Assembly (NCBI GenBank): GCA_012295275.1
Contig: CM022677.1
Coordinates: forward strand, 12,400,001-12,464,000
Direction of reading: 5' to 3'
Source: Chrysomallon squamiferum
Lineage: Eukaryota > Animalia > Mollusca
DNA: 64,000 bases
The notes beneath the pieces were generated by a model. It was not told the DNA's origin and searched no databases. It saw only the letters and a program-made list of their open reading frames with translations. This document shows positions 17,670 through 33,149 of the stretch, in pieces (positions within the stretch are counted from its first letter, which is position 1; each line of letters opens with the position of its first letter). The translations under genes and the position numbers were made by a program.

Positions 17670-18301
17670 AGCATTAGTCAGAACAAACTCAGAGCTTTAT
17701 TGAAGCATTGCAGACTGAGTGGGGTAACTCTGGGAGAGAAAAGAAATCTGGCAGAAGAAAATTAATTCACACACTTTTACATGTGACGACAGAAAGGATA
17801 GTTCAATTTCTGTAGCATTTTCCTCAAGCTTATGACTAATTTTGTCTGAGTCAGTTGCAGCATTCAAAGGGAGTAATTTGAAAATACAGTCTACATGTGA
17901 GACTAAATCTTCACTTTGGAGGGAGAATCAACAGACTGCTATTGCACAGGGTAAGAATTCATTTGAATAATGTGTACTTTTTCTAACACATTAAGTGATA
18001 TTTACTGGAATCAGTTCTGAAACATATTTAAAGGAGTAAATATAATATTAAGGATATTGTATTAATTCTTAGATTAATTGATTTTATATTGGAGTATGTT
18101 TTTGTTTATTATTTTAAATTTTGTTTTCATTTTTATTTTTATGAAAAAGCTAATTATCTTCTTCAGTTTCACTTGTCAGTACAGAAAGTTCACATTCCAA
18201 ACAGCCCAAACCAGCCAGAACCAGTTTACTTCCTTGTGTCAAGAAAATGTTGAACTTTTAAAATATGTTCTGAAACTGTGTGTCAGCAAATCTATCAGCT
18301 G
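17670..18301 (+). pseudogene. Two putative decayed exons
   Basis: Strong donors CAGG|GTAAGA (~17950) and CTG|GTAAGT (~18301); acceptor TTCTTCAG (~18166); frame SESVAAFKGSNLKIQSTCETKSSLWRENQQTAIAQ/VSLVSTESSHSKQPKPARTSLLPC. Confidence 0.3.
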
Positions 18302-18349
18302 GTAAGTCAGTAAATCTATTAATTAAATAATTTATATAATTATTTTCTT

Positions 18350-19620
18350 TTGGAGTATTTGCTTTTTGTTTAACCTATATCTGTGCTATTTTATGTTATG
18401 TTTTTGAATTTATTTATTCAAACATTTGTGTCTATTTATTTGTTTGAATTAAAGTTTGGGTCTCAGTTTTTCACTGTTGCTATCAAGATGTTTTTAAATG
18501 TAAATTCAATGTTTAATTCATTGCATGTGTCATGTAGCATTAGGTGTTCATTGGAAAAATGTGGACAGAGAAATAAGTAATATTTCATGGTTTCAGAAAT
18601 TCCACAGCTACAGTTTAGTGTTGTGTTTATTTTGTGTTTGATTTTGATTGTGTTTAGATTGGTGGAGTAGTTGATTCTGAGTTTGGTAAGGTTGTTATGT
18701 AGTTTGTTACTAAAATGATTTTGGGTTTTGATGATGAAAAGTGTAACTAATGTTGATTTTATTTCTTTACTATTTGCTGATTGCAACATTCACCCACACC
18801 AGTCTCCATTTCAATGTGGCTGACTGTTGTTTAAAAATTATGTGAAAGGTGAGTTTTAAAGGGTTGATCAGGGCCTAACTCTTTCATGAGATGTTTATTA
18901 CTGAGAGTGGATTTTAACACAGTATTTTAGTATGTGTAGGTTTTTGTCTGTATTTCAAGTGTTTGTATGTTTTATTCTAACACGAGACTATCAGGCAGTT
19001 TGATGCTTGGTAAAAGTTTTTACAAGATGTGATTATCTTCTGTATGTGGCGTCTGAAGTTGGCTGTTGAATGTGAGTACCAAAAATTTGAATGATTTTCT
19101 TTGTTATTAAATGGTTATCTATTTTTAGTTTTATTTTGCTGTTATCTTCTTTTTTTTTTGTTCTTATGCAGTGGATATTTTGTTAGTGCAGTTTTTGGTT
19201 TTAGTTTTGTGTTTAGTGGCAGCTGAGTCTAGCATGTTGATAAGTGAGGTGCAGTTTTGATTGTGTTTCATGTAGTTGCTGAAAATGTGCATATTTTGTG
19301 AGGTTGTGAGAACTGGCTGGAGTTTCTATGGTGATGGACACTGCAGTAGCTGCATGCTAATGACTTGAGTTTTATCACTGTGTACATTTTGTTGTGTGTC
19401 TGCAGGTCTGTCAGAGACCTCACTTGGGTAACTGTGACCTCATTTCTGTGTGTTGGTAGTTGTAGCTGTCAGGTGTAATTTTGTCATGGCAGATTTGTTG
19501 TTAAAGGTAAGTATGGTCCAGTAGATTGATTCCCCCCCCTCCCTGTTTATGTCTGTGTTTGTGTGTATGCAATACTGAGACAAAATTACATAATAACTGC
19601 AGATTAATGTCATCAGGACA
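18350..19620 (-). mobile_element. Degenerate non-LTR retrotransposon (LINE) ORF2 3' fragment
   Basis: ORF 18789-18463 LTKLRINYSTNLNTIKIKHKINTTLNCSCGISETMKYYLFLCPHF..L..TCNELNIEFTFKNIL resembles the 'LTRLRIGH...CxCGxxETxxHxLxxC' C-terminal zinc-knuckle region of LINE ORF2. A/C-rich sense-strand bias extends upstream; the upstream boundary is approximate. Confidence 0.7.
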
Positions 19621-20070
19621 ATGGTTTTAGTCAGATGTGAAATAATATATAATATGAGTTTGCTGTTCTTGACTGTTTTTAATGCAATTTAAACATGTCA
19701 TGAAACAGTACAGTGTAGCTGGAAACATAATGAAACAGTACAGTGTAGCTTGAAACATAAAGAAATATTACAAGTTTGTCTTTATTCAGTTTACAGTGTG
19801 TTTGCTGTTCTTCGCTGTTTTTTTAATGCAATTCAGTCACATAAATGAAACAGTACAGGTTTGTTATTTTTCAATTGTAAAATATCATGAGTTTACTGTT
19901 CTTCATTGATTTTAATACAATTTAAACTTATAATGAAACATTACTCATTTACTTACTGTCAGAATGAATTAAAAAAAAGTACAAAATAACTGTATGTACC
20001 CAAATTATAATTGAGAATAATTATACATTAGTTTAAAAATATATATATTTTTTTTTTTTTTTAGAAATAG

Positions 20071-20270
20071 NNNNNNNNNNNNNNNNNNNNNNNNNNNNNN
20101 NNNNNNNNNNNNNNNNNNNNNNNNNNNNNNNNNNNNNNNNNNNNNNNNNNNNNNNNNNNNNNNNNNNNNNNNNNNNNNNNNNNNNNNNNNNNNNNNNNNN
20201 NNNNNNNNNNNNNNNNNNNNNNNNNNNNNNNNNNNNNNNNNNNNNNNNNNNNNNNNNNNNNNNNNNNNNN
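20071..20270. other. Assembly gap (200 N)
   Basis: Exactly 200 N; likely a fixed-size scaffolding gap. Confidence 0.99.
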
Positions 20271-21334
20271 TGACTCAGACAAAATTAGTCATAAATCTTG
20301 ATGAAAATGCTGCAGAAATTGAACTATCCTTTCTCTGTCTTCACATGTAAAAGTGTGTGAATTAATTTTCTTCTGCCAATTTCTTTTCTCTCTCAGAGTT
20401 ACCCCACTCAGTCTGCAGTGCTTCAATAAAGCTGTGAGTTTGTTCTGACTAATGCTGTAAACAAACAATAAAAGATATAAGCAGACACCAGTAGCCCCCT
20501 CCCCAACACACACACACATCCAAATGTCCTCTATACAAATGAAAGAGAAATTACAAATTAACTGCTGCTTAAATTGGAAAAATACTAATGAAAAACCCAT
20601 ACCAGTTCTCTCTGCTTTGTTCACTGGACTGCTTTGAAGAACTCCCAGAAATATTATATCTTTTTCAGCAGCAAAAAAAAAAAAAAAAAAATCTGAATTC
20701 ATATAATACTTATACAGTGGTAAATTATTTGAAATAACTGTCCTAATTCAGATGTCAAAAATTTCTTATTTATAAAAATCATTTTAATGAGTTGTTTATC
20801 CAGGTAAAATATATTACAACTGATTTGACACTTAAAATGTTCTTATTTCCATAGTTAATTCTATCACAGTCACTAACATGAATAAATAATATTATTTTAG
20901 AAGAATTACTTTTTTCTTCTTCTTCTTATGATTATCTATTACTGACATTTTCAACTTGAGACAAATGTCATACTAATGTCTTTTGTAGCTGATGATTATG
21001 CACGTTATGTCAGTAAGCACAAGGCTCGAAATTAAAAAAAGCAACATTATAGTTTAGTCGCCTAAAAAGTATTTTTTGGATCATCATTTTTTTTCTGTAA
21101 GTTATAACACAAGAGCCACTATTAATAATTTTGTAGCAAATATGTATGTCACATAAAAGATTTGTTCGTAGTTCGATAATTTAAAAGTATCGGCAAACCT
21201 TAATTTGTCAACATCTAAAATGAAATACGAAAATTCTTTATTAATTAAAATCGCCACAAAAATTTTGTCCTAGTTAATAGTTATACAAATCAGCTGGTAA
21301 GACATTTTCAAACAAACCTTGACAAAAATGGAAT

Positions 21335-21369
<35 letters not shown>

Positions 21370-22325
21370 TTATAATATTAAGCGCTTGGATTTTTCAAAA
21401 GAAATAAAAATTAAAGGAAAGCAACGTGAAATGACAGTGAGTAAACGAAAAACAATAGCAAATACAAGTTATCTTCCATGATAACTTGTTCCGTTAACTA
21501 ACCGATAATTATTAACGTAACGCTCTAAAAGTTCACTAAATTTGCTCGTTGGTTTCACTTTAGCCAATTAAAGGTGGAATTGAAAAGGAAAAACAATTAG
21601 TTTCAGAGTTATCTCCTGTGTTAACCTGTTCCGTTAACCAACCGATAATCCTTTAACGTTCTGTTTATAAATAGATGTTAGCAAATTATGTAAGCCGATA
21701 CGTCCAACTTATGGAACTATGGGCACTCAGTTTATGTGAAATAAATATTTCGATAAAATTATGATAAAATTATTATCTTGTGTTGTAACTTTTAGCAAAA
21801 AACAGGTCACCCAAATAATATTTTTTGGGGCGACTAACCATAATATTTCTTACATCCAAGTCAACTAAACGGAACTTTGGTCGCATTTGGTGACCTGGCG
21901 ACTGGCCATTTCGAGCCCTGCATAATTATCTCTCATATTAAGAAATCTGTTTGTAATATAAACTGTTATTTTAATACTGTTTAAATATTTCAGTCAGAAG
22001 ATGTGACTAATTGCATCTCAGAAAAATGTCCGCAGTTATTGGATTCAAAAGATATAGTGAATACTGAGTACTGTAACATCTACTGTAACATTTTCAGATA
22101 CCCAGTCTGATGATCTTCCAGACGACATAGGACATAGACTCCACTGTCATAGCTGTAACCCAGCATTACATTCACCTAAATATCTCCCCGATGTGATAAT
22201 CAGTTTTGTTAACCATAAATGAGAATGTTCATCCAGTGATCAGTTCTACCCTTCCATTTACTTGTGGTCCTTTTATTGATACAGAGCAGGATGTGAATAT
22301 GACAGCTGATGAAGAAGAGATACTA

Positions 22326-22374
<49 letters not shown>

Positions 22375-22382
22375 TTATTATT

Positions 22383-22413
<31 letters not shown>

Positions 22414-25400
22414 GTCTCTGCAAACAATAAATATTTTGAGCTGATATTATTCTATTGTAAAAATATAGTTTAAGCGCATTGTAGGTATTTTCTCAGAACA
22501 GAATGTTAGAAGTCGAGTTAGACAGACAGAGAAGTAATTTTACATCTCTATAATTAATTCTGAATAGAAGGTATGGCTGGGATTTGATCTCGAAGCCTGT
22601 TAGTTCAATATTTGGATGATAGCACTCACTTTAAAAAAAAATGTTGCGTTACTATTGCAAAATGATTAATGACTGACTGTGAGGAAATGTGTCAGTTTAT
22701 GTAGTGTCTCAGGCAAAAGCCAGAATGTTGTTGGTTTTTTCTACTTTTTCTTTTTGTCCTCGTGTTTCTGTTTCACTTATACATGTTTTTTTCTCTTTGA
22801 TCATTTTCCTCACTCCATTTGTGTTTTTTTGTTGTTGTTGTTGTTTTTTTTTCTGTGTGTTTTGCCGTCAGTTTCTTTTTACTTGGATTATTATTATTAT
22901 TATTGTTGTTGTTGTTGTTTTTATATTATTCTTATTGTTTTTAATTATTGTTATTGCTATTATTATTATTTACTTTTATTACTATTAGTTATTTTTTAAA
23001 ATAAATATCATTTTTTCCGTTTCTGTTGTTGCCTCGTTTTTTCATTATTAATGCAGTTTTAAGATAAACTACGACTACAATAAACATCTCTTCTAAAAAC
23101 TTTGAACACATTTCCGTAACAGTAATAAAAATATTTCAGTGAAGAAATTTGTGAATGTTGTTTATAATTTTCATTACACTTTATTAATCTTTAACTCGGT
23201 AGTCTCCGAAAATCAGTGCTGTGTTGGGTAAACAAGTGCACACTTCAGCATCAAACCTATTAGAAAATATCTCCTTTTTCATAGAATATAATTATTGTAA
23301 ACACTCGTGTGAAAACAATTGTGATTTCTTCAAGTGTAAATTCTCTTAACCCACTTGATCGCTGACTGTAAATCATAACACAAATACCTGAATTGATATA
23401 AGGAACATTCGCAGTTTACAAAAGGCATTTTTCTTACAGTTTAACGTTCACAAAATAAATTTAAATAGGATCATTTAACATTTTTATACAGACAGATACA
23501 TATGGACACACACACACACACATACAGCTACACACAAACACACACAGATTGCGCATATACATTTTCTTCCTATATTTTTCGGTGATAACATTAAAATGAA
23601 CCCTTGCTTTTAGAATTAATGTTTGGTCTTTCTTCAGAAACCTGAAAAACGCCTTCAGCTAAACTCACGGCTGTTTTTACGACGAAACTGAGATTGAGAG
23701 AAATTGTTTAACGTTTGTTATGAATTCACCAGTCTTCTGATCAAAAACTATTCTGGGCCTCAGAAAAAGGAAATATTTTATTATAACCTATATTAACGTT
23801 GTTTTTTGATAATTTCATATTTTGAATAATTTTGTAAAGTTAACGTAAGATAGAAGCTTAATATCTCCGCTTCACATCTAAATATGAATATCCTCTTGAG
23901 ACATTTATATTAATATTAAAATTATGCTGATGTTGTTAAAATTTTATTTTTTATTATTGTACAATTAGTGTACAGTTATCAAAAAATAAATAAATAAATA
24001 AATAAATATTTTTTCGGTAATGTTATTAGGTACACAAGTCAATATACTGAAAGTAAAAGTGAAGCTGTAATATTAACGCAGTACATTTTTTTTCAAGATC
24101 AATGTCCTTATCGTATACTGAACAATTATGGTCTTTAATATTAAGTCATTTTATTAATACTATATTTATTATTGTATTGATATTATTGAAAATTAACTGT
24201 GCACCTTTCAGTGTCACAATGTGATACTTTGTTTTATGACAGCAGTAACATGGCATTCCGCGACACAATTTACATTTCTCCCTACATGAAATTATATAAT
24301 TAATCTAAAATTCAAATTTATCAAATTATGTAATTAAGAATATATCAGATTATTTTTTTTTAAACACTGAGAGAAGTAAGTTAATCTAGAATGAAATTCC
24401 ATGTTTATTCAATAATATAACTGATAATCTCTAATTAAAGTAATTGTAATTTCTCATAAATAATACAGACGTTATAAAACTTGCGTCTTATTTTGTTATC
24501 GATGGGTAACATTATCAGTGAAAACAGCGATATTCTTTAGTTAACTCTGGTTTTGTAAAAGTTCACGATTTCTCATGTAATTTATATTATAAATAAATCA
24601 ATTTATTATTATTATTATTATTATTATCATTATTATATATATATTTTAAAAGAAGTATTTAGTTTTTATCTCGACAGAAACAATAAACTAAGAATAAATC
24701 TGATTTCTCTGATAACTTTACGAGGCCTAATAAAAAATTCGAAATATTTTTTAAATCCACTCTCACAACAGTTCTAATGAAACTAAGCGAATAGCGTCAG
24801 ACATATGTAGGAAGCTTGCGTTTTTACAGGAAAAAAAAGAGAAGATATTACGGTGTTATTATTGTTGTTGTTGTTGTTATTAAGCTGTTGACAAAGAGAG
24901 AACTGTGAAAAATATGGTGTCTGCTTCACTGACTCATTGATAATTACTGGTGGTGTGGTTATTTTAATATCTAATGAAGTTAGAGAACTTCAGCTATAAT
25001 AAGAAATGTAAAGTATATTACACTATACAACTTGCGCTCAAGTACACCTTTTAATGAATGTAATGAACAAATTAAATTTCACATAATAACCTGTTAACCT
25101 CGTTTGTTCTCAGCTAATCAGTACACACTATCGTGATTCCAGGGAATTAACTCTGATATTTTTCAATATAACCTGATATAAAATACGATAATTAATTAAA
25201 TATGAGATTAACATTTCTCAACGTACTTAACCTTCAAACTGTAAATATCACTGCTCATAATTAATTTTCATCTTTTATCTGTTTGTAAGTAATTAAACCG
25301 CTTATTTTCATAACGCCATGTAGAATTATCATTTATAACTGTCAGTAATGTCTAATACATTAACTGTGAAATAAAGAGGCCTTCCAAATTCCTATGATCT

Positions 25401-26499
25401 GTTACTAACAAAATCAGGGTTAGTTTTTAGTTGCACCTCAAATGATAATTAAATATTGATCTTCTTTTAGTAGACAGTTGTGTATTGACAAGCTGAGGTT
25501 TCTCTGTTAAATATTAGCAAATAATTAATTATATATGAAGTGATATTCATCTTGATATTTCCAGTTGAGAAGTACAGTGAATATTCAGGAATAAAATATC
25601 GCAACCAGACAAATATGTTAATTCATTAGCAACTGTGATATTAATGTGATATTTCTCAACGTAATTTATGTTGTGTTTACTATATCATGTCAGAATAATT
25701 TGTTACTCAGCAAAAGTAACGTAGTGTTTTTGTTAAGACATATCTAAAATCGAAAAAACTCTCTCAGTTGAAGTATATAAAATTTGCTTTATAAAAGTTA
25801 ATATCAAATTTAAATGGAAGTTTTATTTGATTAATCTTAAATTCATCAACATTTTGAGGTTTATTAGACTACTTTTATTAGGATATATTTGTTTCACAGG
25901 CATTATTAAAATTAGAACATTTTTTTATTACCATCGATTTATATAGGTTTCATCGGTAATTAAATATATATATATACTTTTTTTTATTATAGCACAAAAC
26001 ATACTGATAATTAGACATGTAGTGCAGACACTTAACTTTTTTTCTAAACTGAGAAAAAATGGTAGCTAGTCTGGAAGGATATTCATAGTTATTCAAGATA
26101 TCGGCGGAGTTCTCTTACAATTTACACGGTTGGTGTCACCGCTGCTCTCTAACTATGAATGTTCTGTGTAACACAATGTAACTAAAATCTCATGTAAACT
26201 ACTACACAAACAGTGCACACGTTTTTAAAATTTATTTTTATAACTCAGTGGTAAAATGAACAGTGTAAATAGCGTTATCCTTAAGTAATACTGACACCTT
26301 ATTTTTACTTGTTTATAATTATGTAATGTATGTATAATTGTGTCATGTAAATAGCTATATCCTTAATTAAAAATATCAAATTTTTACTTTTTTTAAATTA
26401 TATGATTTATAGTGTAAACTGCGCTCGTTTTACAAAATAAACGTGTTAGCTTTGTATTCATAATGGAATATCATTTAAGTTTTCTTCTATTTTCTTATA

Positions 26500-26551
<52 letters not shown>

Positions 26552-28164
26552 TTAAAATAAACTGAAAGTTTGCTCAAAATACAGGTATCCTCTATAATCT
26601 ATGTTCTTACTTGAAATTATCATTTTAATATGTAGTGTAATATAATTTATGACGTTAATGTTGCACCCGATAACGTTTTCGGCTTTTAGCAGAAGGTAAG
26701 TATATAGAGAAAGCTACAGATTAATAATCTTTTCTAAAACTGTAAAGAAAAAGTTGAATTAGAGATTAGACTGATAAATTGTTTTATTAACTATGACACG
26801 GTAATATCAACCTTTTTCATTTTATACCTATCTATCTACATCTTCCTATTAATCTATAATCTCTTGTTTGGTCTAGCTATCCGTTGAACAAAAATCCATC
26901 AAATCATCTCTGATTCCTTTCCTGCATTCAAAATGTCCGTCAGTGTATCCTGGTCTGTGTATCTGTGTGTGTCTCTGTGTATTTGTTGAATATCAGTCTT
27001 ACCTTTCAGCACCTTCTTTTGTACAGTATAAAAAAATTAAAAATTAATTTCAATACCCATACCCAGCACGATTTGTAGACGTAAGAGATTATTGTAAAGA
27101 GACGGACAGGACGTCTCTCGGTGGCCTTGAACAACGTAGACCTTCCCGTTGTAAATAAACATAGATTACTGGTGACAAATGAAAACAGCCACTGAAAGAA
27201 TTCAAGTAAAATTAACTCATCATTTTTCATTTCTAGACTCTTTGTTAGCTGTCTTTACATTTGTCAAACATTTAAACTTCTGTTCATGTTATAGCATGTG
27301 AATTACAAATTTTCCTGCATTAAAAATAAAAAAAATTAAACATAAGAAAGATTGGAAGGTGTTCACTTCCAAGACAAAATAAAAACTAAAAGGTAGATCA
27401 TTAACATCCTCATAAAAATGTTTTAGACAGTTTACATGATTTATTTTAATAACTAATATAATAATAATAGTAATAATAATAATATAATAATACTACTACT
27501 AATAATAATGATGATGATGATGATGATCAATGAATACATTAATTAATTAATAATGTTCATCTATATTGCCTATATTACCACTAGTATATATATAAAATAA
27601 AATAAAACAAATTGCACTTTTGCGAAGGGCGACAACTGTAACAGAACTTTCAATACAACCTCATTCAATGATGCGAACTTTTTGATAGAAAAAAAGCAGA
27701 TTTAATAACGATATTGTTATATTTGGCGATATACATTCTTGTTTTTACAAAATATGATGGTGTAGCAGCCAGAGCGGTAGTGTTTTTGTAAAGAAAATGT
27801 TTTGAGAGGTTACAGATAGATATTTATAGATAAAAAAAGAAAAAAAAGAAAGGATACTATGTAAAACAGTTTTTGAAATGTTTCAAAAACATTTATAAAT
27901 GCAGTGTTCTAGAAGTTTATTTCTGTACAATCCCGAATGCTTCTGTATTCAATTTTAAAAAGTTTTATGAGATGAATAAATGTTTAGTAAAAAACAATTG
28001 AAAACTAGCGAATTGGACTTAAAGTTCAACCGAAGCAGATTAAATAAATTCGAATGGAATTAGAAAATGATTATTTTTGACAATAAAATAAAATTCCTAA
28101 GCCAACGCGTTTTCTAATTCAAAGTATATGCATAAACACATAAAAACAATCACATATATAAATA

Positions 28165-28204
<40 letters not shown>

Positions 28205-28640
28205 ATATTTTGATGTAGATAACAACTGCTGAAATATTTACGTCTATAGCCCATTTTGCATTCACTATTTCCCATTCTTTTTCTAAGGCTGATTACTTTT
28301 TTAGTTGACGTTTGAAGAATCTTATACAGAATTGATGTAATTGCAACAAAAAAGTTGCTTAAAGTATTTCATTTTGTGAAGCAGACAGGTAGTACTATTT
28401 ATTATTATAGTTGTTAATGAGTTTGGATTTTTTAAATTTTATTTAGTATAATTTAAACATCACAGCCACCTGATGGCAGCCATCTTATTCGGGAATAATA
28501 TTTATTTATTTATTATTTATTTTATTATTAATTTTATTTTTTTTTCCTTAAATAACGACACTCGATTAATAACAAAATTCGCCAGTGTGTGTACTAATGT
28601 GAACAGCATAAACAAGAAATGTTTTACCAATCACTGTGTG
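20271..28640 (-). repeat. Large inverted repeat, arm B
   Basis: Collinear inverted homology to arm A with many substitutions. Arm B has extra sequence at ~21308-21733 and ~25060-26560 and lacks the equivalent of ~10460-11800. Confidence 0.95.
21020..21920. mobile_element. hAT-like MITE, paralogous longer copy
   Basis: CAAGGCTCGAAAT...ATTTCGAGCCCTG (12/13 TIR match), with ~430 bp of additional internal sequence. Confidence 0.65.
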
Positions 28641-28747
28641 GCCAGTAATTAAATTTGTTTTAAAAGAAATTGACTTGTGTAGCACACACCGAAGTAAACA
28701 CCATACAACAACTATGTGTCAACTCACAAACAATTTTTATTTATTTA

Positions 28748-28822
<75 letters not shown>

Positions 28823-29629
28823 TTATTTATTTATTTATTTATTTTATTATTATTATTTTTTAATATCTAATAAAACTATTTTAACTATATTAAAGTATAT
28901 AATGGATAGGGCCCTAAATTCTTTCATATTATTTAAGCTAAATACCTGTATAGCTCTATGTTAACTCTAAAAAACCTATAAAGATGAATACAAATTTAAG
29001 AAAAATATGGCCAGGTTATTTCATATGTAGACACTGTAAAATATTAATACAATTATTTGTTATAATAATATTTAACACACACACACACAAACGCACACAC
29101 ACATATAATTTGTAATCATAATCACAAAAGATATTAATACACTGTACAGTCTCATGCACAAAACATTACTAAAATGATTCTTTTTTGAAGTAGGTGTCTT
29201 ATTGTTTGACTGATGTATATGATACAATGAGATGATATTCATTTAGTTATATGACACATTTTACGGAAAATTACAGGTATGATTTCACTGTAAACATTCA
29301 GAAATATAGATGGAACTTCCGTGTTATAATGTTTTTATAAATATCAGTAGCTTTATATATGTCGTGAAACATATATCGAGAAATAAAGAGAGCGCATCTA
29401 GTGTGACATTTTATAAACACCAGAAACATGTTTCACTGAAAAACACACACAGCAGAACTTTGTGCAACTAACTTCAGATACCGCTTCGAAGTGTCCGTTT
29501 TATTAACGTAACGTGATATTTTACTTTGCTAATTCTAAATCGTATAATAGAAAGGTGTAAATTTACTGTACGTGGAACTTTAGTAGTATATACACTACAG
29601 GAAATATTGATAACCACAGTTAATCTATT

Positions 29630-30290
29630 TGTTATTACGACAGTTATAAATGGTAATTCTACATGGCGTTATGAAAATAAGCGGTTTAATTACCTGTAAA
29701 AAGAAAAAAAAAGAGAATTAATTATGAGCAGTGATATTTATAGTTAAGTGTATTGAGAACTGTTAATCTCATATTTATATCAGGTTATATTGAAAAATAT
29801 CAGAGTTAATTCCCTGAAATCACGATAGCTGAGAACAAGCAAGGTTAAATTTAATTTTTTCATTACATTCATTCAAGGTGTACATCAGCGCAAGTTGTAT
29901 AGTGTAATATTTTTTTACATTTCTTATTATACCTGAAGTTCTCTTATTACATTAGATATTAATATAACCGCTTCACTAGTAATAATCTATATAACAATGA
30001 AGCAGACACCATAGTTGTCAAAGTCCTCTCTTTGGCAATAGCTAAATAACAACAACAACAACAACAGTAATAACACCTTAATATATTTATTTTTTTATTT
30101 TGTTTTAATTTTTCTGTACAAAATATGTTCGACGCTATTCTCTTAGTTTCATTAGAACTGTTCTGAGTGCGGATATAAAAATTACTTCGAATTTTTTACT
30201 AGGCCGCTTAAAATTGTCAGAGAAATCAGATTTATTCTTAGTGTATTGTTTCTGTCGAGATCAAAACTAAATACTTCTTTTGTAAAACAG

Positions 30291-30330
<40 letters not shown>

Positions 30331-33000
30331 TGATTTATTTATAATATAATTACATAAGAAATCGTGAACTTTTATAAAACCACAGTTAACTAAAGAATAT
30401 CGGCAGTTTACACTGATAATGTTACCCATCGATAACAAAAAAAAAATTCAAGTTTTATAACGTCTGTATTATTTATATGGCATTCTAAAATTATATTAAT
30501 TAGAGATTATAGGTTATATTATTGAATAAACATGGAATTTCATTCTAGATTAACTTACTTTTCTCAGTGTTAAAAAAGAAATCTGATATATTCTTAATTA
30601 CATAATTTGATACATTTGAATTTTAGTTTAATCATGTACTTTCATGTAGGGAGAGATGTAAATTGTGTCGCGGAATGTCATGTTACTGCTGTCATAAAAC
30701 AAAGTATCACATTGTGACACTGAAAGGTGCACAGTTAATTTTCAGTAATATCAATACAATAATAAATACAATATTCATCTAGCACTTCACGCGTTTCTGT
30801 ATAGTCTTATTATTAATGTTAACACACCACAATTTTTTAGTATATAAGAAGGACATTAATTTTTTTGGTGGGGGAAATCATATTAATATTAATGTTGAAA
30901 GAAGATATTTATATTTCGATGCGAAGCGGAGATATTAAGTTTCTATCTTACGTTAACTTTACAAAATTATTCAACATATGAAATATTCAAAATACAACGT
31001 TAATGTCGTTTATAATAAAATATTTCCTTTTTCTGAGACCTAGAATTGTTTTTGATCAGAGGACTGGTGAATTCATACCAAACGTTAAACAATTTCGCAC
31101 AGTTTTGTCGTAAAAACGGCCGTAATGTTAGCTGAAGGCGTTTTTCAGGTTTCTGAATAAAGACCAAACATTAATTCTAAAAGTAAGGGTTCATTTTAAT
31201 ATTATCACCGAAAAATATAGGAGGAAAATGTATATACGCAATCTGTGTGTGTGTGTGTGTGTGTGTGTGTCCATAAGTATCTGTCTGTATAAAAATGTAA
31301 ACTTATCCCATTTAAATTTATTTTGTGAATTAGAAAGTGTAAGAAAAATGCCTTTTGTAAACTGCGAATGTAAAAAAAGGACTCAATATTTTTATTGAAA
31401 TGTACGCAAACTAATAAAAACATGTTCCTTACATCAATTCAGGTCTTTTGTTTTATGATTTACAGTCAACGATCAAGTGGGTTAAGAGAATTTACATTAT
31501 CCTCACTTGAAGAATTCACAGTTGTTTTCACACGAGTCTTTACAATAATCATGTTCTATGAAAAAGGATATATTTTCAGAGACAGGTTTGATGCTGAAGT
31601 GTGCACTTGTTTAACCAACACAGCATGTTTTTCTGGGACTACCGAGTTCAAGATTAATAAACTGTAATGAAAATTATAAACAACATTCACAAATTTCTTC
31701 ATTGGAACATTTAGATTACTGTTACAGAAATGTGTTCAAAGTTTTTGGTAGAGATGTTTACTGCATTCGTAACAGTTCATTCAAATTTATCTTAAAATGC
31801 ATTAATAATGAAAAACAAGGCAACAACAGAAAATGAAAACAATTATATTTATTTTAATAAATATCAACATTATTAATTACAACATCTAAACAACAAATGT
31901 AAGTTAAATAGATATTTCTCTGTACAGAAGACAGCAGGTACAGATCTAGGGTGTGGTGTTTTAACATATTTGTGTGATGAGAAAATATCACAAATGTTCT
32001 CTTGCTCCTCTACCATATAAAACTTTCCATTTTTTCTTTTTTCTCTCACACACTGCCTGAAATAAAAAATAAACAGTTACCAAGTAAAATTTCTCAAAAA
32101 GAGAGAAACAACGATGAAGACAGCGAGAAAGATACAATGAGACAGAGAAAAAAAAATAAGGAAGATGATCAAAGAGAAAGAAATAAAAAAGTTTAGTCAA
32201 CAAAAGATCGTAAAGGGGGCTCGCATTATTCAAATCTTTTTTCTTTTTATTTAATCTTTTTTTAATCAGTTTTCTGAGTAAAGACCAAACTTTAATTTTA
32301 AAAGCAAGGGTTCATCTTAATATTATCCCCGAAAAAATACAGGAGGAAAATGTCCCAAAATAAATAGATGAGTACTTTAAAGATGTTCTTCGATTCAAAT
32401 GGAAATTTTTATATTTAATCATATCAATATTGAAGACAGCGAGAAAGATATAATGAGAGAGAGAGAAACAAAAAATAAGGAAGATGATCAAAGAGAAATA
32501 AATAAAAGTGAAACCGAAAAGGTACAAAAAACCAACAACATTCTGTCTTTTTCCTGAGACTGTGTACAAACTGATAAAGTTCCTCACCTATTACAATCAA
32601 TCACTAATCATTCTGCTGTGGTTATACAAAAAAACAGTCTCTTATAATATATTTTTAAAGAAAGGCTCAACTTTCGTTGTTGTTTTTTTGACCTGCCACA
32701 TCCAAAATATTACTTCGTTTCCTGTCAGAGTATGAAGACGTTCATTAAAAAATAAAAATGATAAAAATTAATATTATGAAATTAAAATAAAATGAAATCC
32801 GAGTGAAATATTCGATAAAAGAACACACACACAAACACACATGCACTTGCACACATTTTGTGTTATGGTTAATCTTTAAACTGACAGGCCTCAGCTTATA
32901 TTCAGAATTAATTATGAATTACTACTGTTTAAGCAATATTTTAACTAGCACTATTTCCAGAAAATATATAAAATGTGCTTAGACTATATTTTATTTTACT
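29630..33000 (+). repeat. Third partial copy of the inverted-repeat unit (same orientation as arm A)
   Basis: 29876-31860~13512-15660 (ORF 31395 MKCTQTNKNMFL.. matches ORF 15202). 29634-29880 is the reverse complement of ~25045-25345. Patchy matches at 32270-33000 to 14945-16220. Confidence 0.9.
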
Positions 33001-33083
33001 GAATATCAGCTAAACACAATTGTTAGCAAAGCTAATAGTAATAAAATACACTTTAATATCATAAAAGTATCACTATTTTATGT

Positions 33084-33129
<46 letters not shown>

Positions 33130-33149
33130 CTCTCTCTTTTTTGGCTTGG

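Noticed and set aside
20061-20282. ORFs spanning N runs (also 61251-61490)
   Set aside because: Artefacts of the assembly gaps.
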